Below are positions 59,682-64,000 of a stretch of 64,000 bases of DNA, piece by piece; within the stretch, counting starts at the first letter, position 1, and the number at the start of each line of letters is the position of its first letter. The stretch spans positions 682,001 through 746,000 of the forward strand of contig OZ374558.1 of assembly GCA_977862235.1 (NCBI GenBank), read 5' to 3'. Under the pieces are notes generated by a model. The model ran no database searches and was not told the origin of the DNA. It worked only from the letters and a program-made list of their open reading frames with translations. Made by a program: the position numbers and the translations under genes. The stretch is from Dudresnaya verticillata. Taxonomy: Eukaryota.

Positions 59682-60569
59682 ATGTCTGAAGCATCCAAGA
59701 CAATCGATATTGCGACCGACCCTTCCCGTTCGAGAAGTTCTTGCAGACTGTGTAACGTGAGTTTGAGTGCAGTCCAAAGCGTTGTAAGACTTCCTAAATT
59801 GGATACGCCAATGGAGACTTCAAAGAAGGGATACCAACAAAACAGCCGGCGTGCTTCAAAATTGTCGACAAACGCTTCACTTCAATTAGAAACCCAATCA
59901 AACAGAGTTGTCTCTGTAGTAAAGTCAGTGCCCCTTGGTACGGAGGAGTTGAAGAAGACTTCTCTAGAGATTCTCCTCCGTACAAACGAGACAAGAATAG
60001 CTTCTGGAAAATCAGGCCTGGCCTGGAATAAGGAGCTTTCTAAAGTCGCGGAAAGGTGGGCTAAGGACATGTGCAAAGGTACTACTTCACCTCTCTGTAT
60101 TGGAAATCGCGATGACATGAATATTGCAAAGATGTAAGTTGTTCAAACGTTCCCTTTCCTATTCCGGCGATTGGCAAGCGTAAAACTTTTCGTTGGTTTC
60201 TAACACGCTGTTTTACTCCCAATCCATTGAGGACTACTCTACAGCCGAATTGGACTTTCGCAGGCAGATGGGTCCTCTAAAGGCCACAGCAGCTGCAATT
60301 TACACCAGTCTGGTGAAGCTTTATCCAGAATGAACTCTTCGAAATGGAGATCTTGCGGTGTTGGTGTCTTTGGGGGCAATGAGTATGTATACATAGTTCA
60401 GATATTCAGCAAGGGTAGGGGAAATAGGACTCATGCAGAATCGGTTCGAGCACACACAAGACCAGCTACATCAGTTCGATCAAACAGTGATGAAGAGATG
60501 AAATCATCGTGTGGAACTCTGGTAAGCTCTGCAGTGTCGATGATTTTAAACGTTTGGCGACGGGATTAG
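59682..60569 (+). CDS. CAP/SCP domain protein, copy 3 (exons 59682-60133 + 60245-60569)
   Basis: Same as copy 1 at +9526. Confidence 0.72.
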
Positions 60570-62019
60570 AAGATTGAAATTGCGTGTTTGCCTTACGGAA
60601 AATCTTTGGGAAGGATGGCTATCGTCGAAGAAATTGTTTCGTTGAGGTGCTTCCCCCTTCCTAAACGTACAGCTCTTGCTTTCTACACATGTTGAGTAAA
60701 TAGATTTTATCGCCCTTGCTTTGCAAAAATGAAGCTACGCACTTGCCGAAAAATGGCTCTCTTCTCTGTCGATGGCGGAGAAGAACACAACTCACGACCA
60801 ACCTGTTTAGCGTAATGAGCGATGCTCCACAGCTTTTCTTGAACAAAGTTGAAGTTCTCAAGGGAAGCAATAAGTCATCTTGCTCCCACTGACAGCTACA
60901 GCAACGAACCTAACAGTATTGACGAACAATGAGTAACGGGACGAAGTTGTTGATGCCTTAACGGCAGTCTATGCCTCGCCTTCTATTGTACAGTACGCAT
61001 TTAACATATTCCGATGCAGTACCCAGGGGACTTGTATACAGACTTCTACTGGTTTCGCATAGCTCTTTAAACTTCGCTTACGAATAAGGCTAATATACTG
61101 CAAAGGTGATTAGGTCATATATTTATGCGCACCTGGCGCTATCCGTACAAGTAATATTGAACTGTGATATTTAGAAGCTATTGCGGCGGTTTCTTGTCGG
61201 TTCGGGCGCAGCATTTCATTTCGGCGTGGAAGGAGTTGGTTGTTCCACTGCACAAGCGTCCCAAATGTTACACAACAGTCGTTGTACAAGTGTAGAATCA
61301 ACGGGCCCTGGAGAAGAATCTTCGCACCACAAGCAGGTGGGGCCGAAAACAATTGACGGTCGAGGAATGGCCAGAAGGCCCTTACTTCAGTTTGATCACG
61401 GTCCGAGCTTCATAATTGCCAGGGCCTGGAAAAAACATTACGGTCGTCAAGGTGAGTGAAGCGAAGTAAAGAAAAAGTTGTGAATTCGAAAGAGAGATAG
61501 AAGTAGGATAATCTTGAAGGGCACGAGAAGCACCACAGTGCCAAGACTTGGTGGTGGCAAGGCTCAATATCACAGAGCGTTTTTTCCGCCCTCCAAGATG
61601 CTGTAGAGTGTGATCAGAGTGCGATGTAATTATGCTGCATTAGCACATAGCCGTACGGACCGTGAGTGGCCCCAATGACACTCGTAGATCCGCAATTTTC
61701 GGGGCGGGACAGTTTCGAGCATGAAATGCTTACAATTGTTGGGCGGGACATTTTTGAGAGCAAACAGGTCATCATCATCACAGTTTTATTCTTCCCACGG
61801 ACTTATCCTATCCTCACTCATCGGCCAGCGTCGGCTGCTTCGCGCAAATCGTCACGTCAACCTGCTTGCTCATAAATGTACTATTCCGCATAAGGACAGA
61901 GTCTTCGCCTCAGTCTTTGGCACCCACAGCACACAAACTTTCCCAGGCCCACTCTGCTACTCATCGAACAACACATCCAGACTTGAACACTCCGTCGCAG
62001 TAACACACAAGTTGCCGAG

Positions 62020-62988
62020 ATGCGCAAGAGGAGGAGACTGCTTTCTTCCAAGCAGCGAAAGGACTTCGAGTCGGCCAAGGAGGCTGAATCTCGAGGAGGG
62101 GATCGTGCCAGTGCGAGAAGCATAGAGAAGAAGGTCACGGCCCCGAACATGGTGTGCGCCAGCAAAGCGAACCCACCTCACCCAGCTAAAGATGCTGTCC
62201 GGAAACTAACCGCAGTTGCCGGTAACCAGGATGGATTAGATTCCGAGCATATCGCTGACGTCATGCAGGACAATCCGCCGAAGCTCCTGGAACGAGCTTC
62301 CGACTCCATACGGCCCGTGCATTGGGATCCTAAGAGCGGTATCAAGAGCACCGGAGAAGGGGGACGTGGGAGGGAGCGCCTTCGTTTTGAACGGAAGGAA
62401 ACAGTCCCGGAAGATCAGAAAAGTAAGGGTTGGTGTTCAAGGGCAGGCGAAGGAGCGTACGACAAAACCAAAGTTGAACAAGGCGATAAGGAGGTTACTG
62501 AGGATGACATTGAAGTTGTCGAGGAGCCGTATAGACTTATTGAACTCGAAAAGGACGCACATGGGAGAGTTATTCGGCTACATGTTCGGGAGACGGGAGT
62601 AGACCCAGAATCAGTGAACGAAGATGAAAAGCTGTGCAGACGCGACGCTCTCTGCACAATTGAATCAGATGAGGATGAGACGAACGGTCTACTCCGCCTG
62701 AAGACTGTAGAAGAGATGAAACCTGGATATGAATCGAGGTTTGTTGCTGCGCAGAAAAAGAAGGCTCGGGAAATGCGGCGGACGTTTAAGAAAAACTTGG
62801 CAAGCCTTTCGGAGAAGCAGAGGGAGGTTGTAAGGAACCAGCTCATGTCCCGCTCTCGACTTCCGACATTGCGAACTCCTGCAGATTGGAAAAAGTTGCA
62901 AAATACAGCGGACAAAGCTAACGAGAAAGCTCGCCTAGCCGTTGAGAAACTATGGGCTCAAGACAGCGATGAAGAGGGATCTGAATAA
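62020..62988 (+). CDS. Hypothetical 322-aa charged protein, copy 3
   Basis: Identical translation to copy 1. Confidence 0.7.
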   Translation: MRKRRRLLSSKQRKDFESAKEAESRGGDRASARSIEKKVTAPNMVCASKANPPHPAKDAVRKLTAVAGNQDGLDSEHIADVMQDNPPKLLERASDSIRPVHWDPKSGIKSTGEGGRGRERLRFERKETVPEDQKSKGWCSRAGEGAYDKTKVEQGDKEVTEDDIEVVEEPYRLIELEKDAHGRVIRLHVRETGVDPESVNEDEKLCRRDALCTIESDEDETNGLLRLKTVEEMKPGYESRFVAAQKKKAREMRRTFKKNLASLSEKQREVVRNQLMSRSRLPTLRTPADWKKLQNTADKANEKARLAVEKLWAQDSDEEGSE

Positions 62989-64000
62989 AAGTACGCAAAG
63001 AAGAAGTTGTTGGGGCAGACCAACAGCGAATCGGTCCGACCACCATCCCGCCTTTAGCTTCAGGTGTTTCGTCGTACATTGCGCTTGACTATGTTTCGGT
63101 TCGGGTCCCTGGGCTGAGCGTTAGTACTTTTAGAGTAGAGACAATGTGAGTAAAGAGGAAAAGGTAGAAATCGCACTAATCCCGGGTGTAACAAAAATAA
63201 GTAAGTGATACTACTGTTGAGCATAATTCTCCATTATGTTTAAGCGATACTATAATCGGAAAGGAGAACTAGCGGGTCTGTTTCGCACAAGAGTCTAACG
63301 GGCCAAGAGGAATGGCAAGACGACGGCGAATAATTGTGAAGGATTGATAGTAGTGGAATGAGGGAGGGACTTTTAGACGTATAGGGGAGGCAGCCAAGCC
63401 TTGTGGTATTCCAGATGTGAAGCTACGGCCTTTAATACATACATATCCATTCGGACGTCTTCTTGTAGAGTGATAGGCCCTGCACCTCGCTGAGCCGTCA
63501 ACAGTGTGGACGACGTCCTTTGTAAGGTATTTCTACGCTGTAATGGCCTTTGGAGCGCCACCACGCGCTGCTGGTGGCGCGGCAGCGAGCTCGCGACGAA
63601 GAGGGGTGAACTAGCGGTGAAGTGAGTGAAGGGTGGAAGAGAACACAACGCGATCGGCATCCGTTGTGATGTGGGAATCCGGACGGGAACCCGCAACACC
63701 ACCGGCCTACCTGGCTTGGCTCAGATTAGAGGCGCTGCCCAAAGTTGGCGAAACATCCTATAGAAACCCTATGAATAGACTGAGAATCTCTTCTAGAGCA
63801 TCAGTCATAGTACCAAGGTCATGAGTAGGCGGCGGCGATTAACACTGGCCATAGGGGACTGGCGATCCACGACGGATCAGGCGTTGTGTTTTCACGTGGA
63901 GCATGCGCGTCTGTGAGCGCCGCGTGGGAGTGGGCGTAGTATAGCAACAGACTATAGCATTTGCTATTGCAAGACAGAACCAAGGACGTTAACTGTATAG

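Larger units (their letters stand above)
48971..64000 (+). repeat. Tandem array of a 4763-bp unit: 48971-53733, 53734-58496, 58497-63259, 63260->64000
   Basis: Every ORF in the track recurs with an identical translation at +4763 and +9526. Confidence 0.98.

Overview
Eukaryotic genomic DNA. The compact genes, a short GTAAGT..CTAAC..AG intron and the LTR families suggest a red alga, but that is inference. (1) 1-25.4 kb is a nested pile of decayed Ty3/gypsy LTR retrotransposons, largely reconstructable from 5-bp target-site duplications (TSDs). An old gypsy element (WLDD-type RT) carries a solo LTR (TSD AGAGG). That LTR carries a near full-length 12.5-kb chromodomain gypsy element (11671-24201, TSD GCGGA), which in turn carries another solo LTR (TSD GATCT). 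A second solo-in-solo pair sits at 6846-8496. The chromodomain element has a broken ~900-codon antisense ORF between integrase and the 3' LTR, and about 39 copies of a quasi-palindromic motif, CCG-NNN-CGG (mostly CCGTTACGG/CCGCTACGG). Together these are the most unusual signal in the window. (2) 26-49 kb holds host genes (a secreted GDPH/VWD-like protein, a 748-aa Ser-rich protein, a small secreted protein), two 5'-truncated non-LTR retrotransposons lying tail-to-tail, and a 482-bp non-autonomous Helitron. (3) 48971-64000 is a tandem array of an apparently identical 4763-bp unit (3 full copies plus a partial one running off the window). Each unit carries a two-exon CAP/SCP-domain gene and a 322-aa charged protein gene. 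All motif counts and alignments were done by eye.
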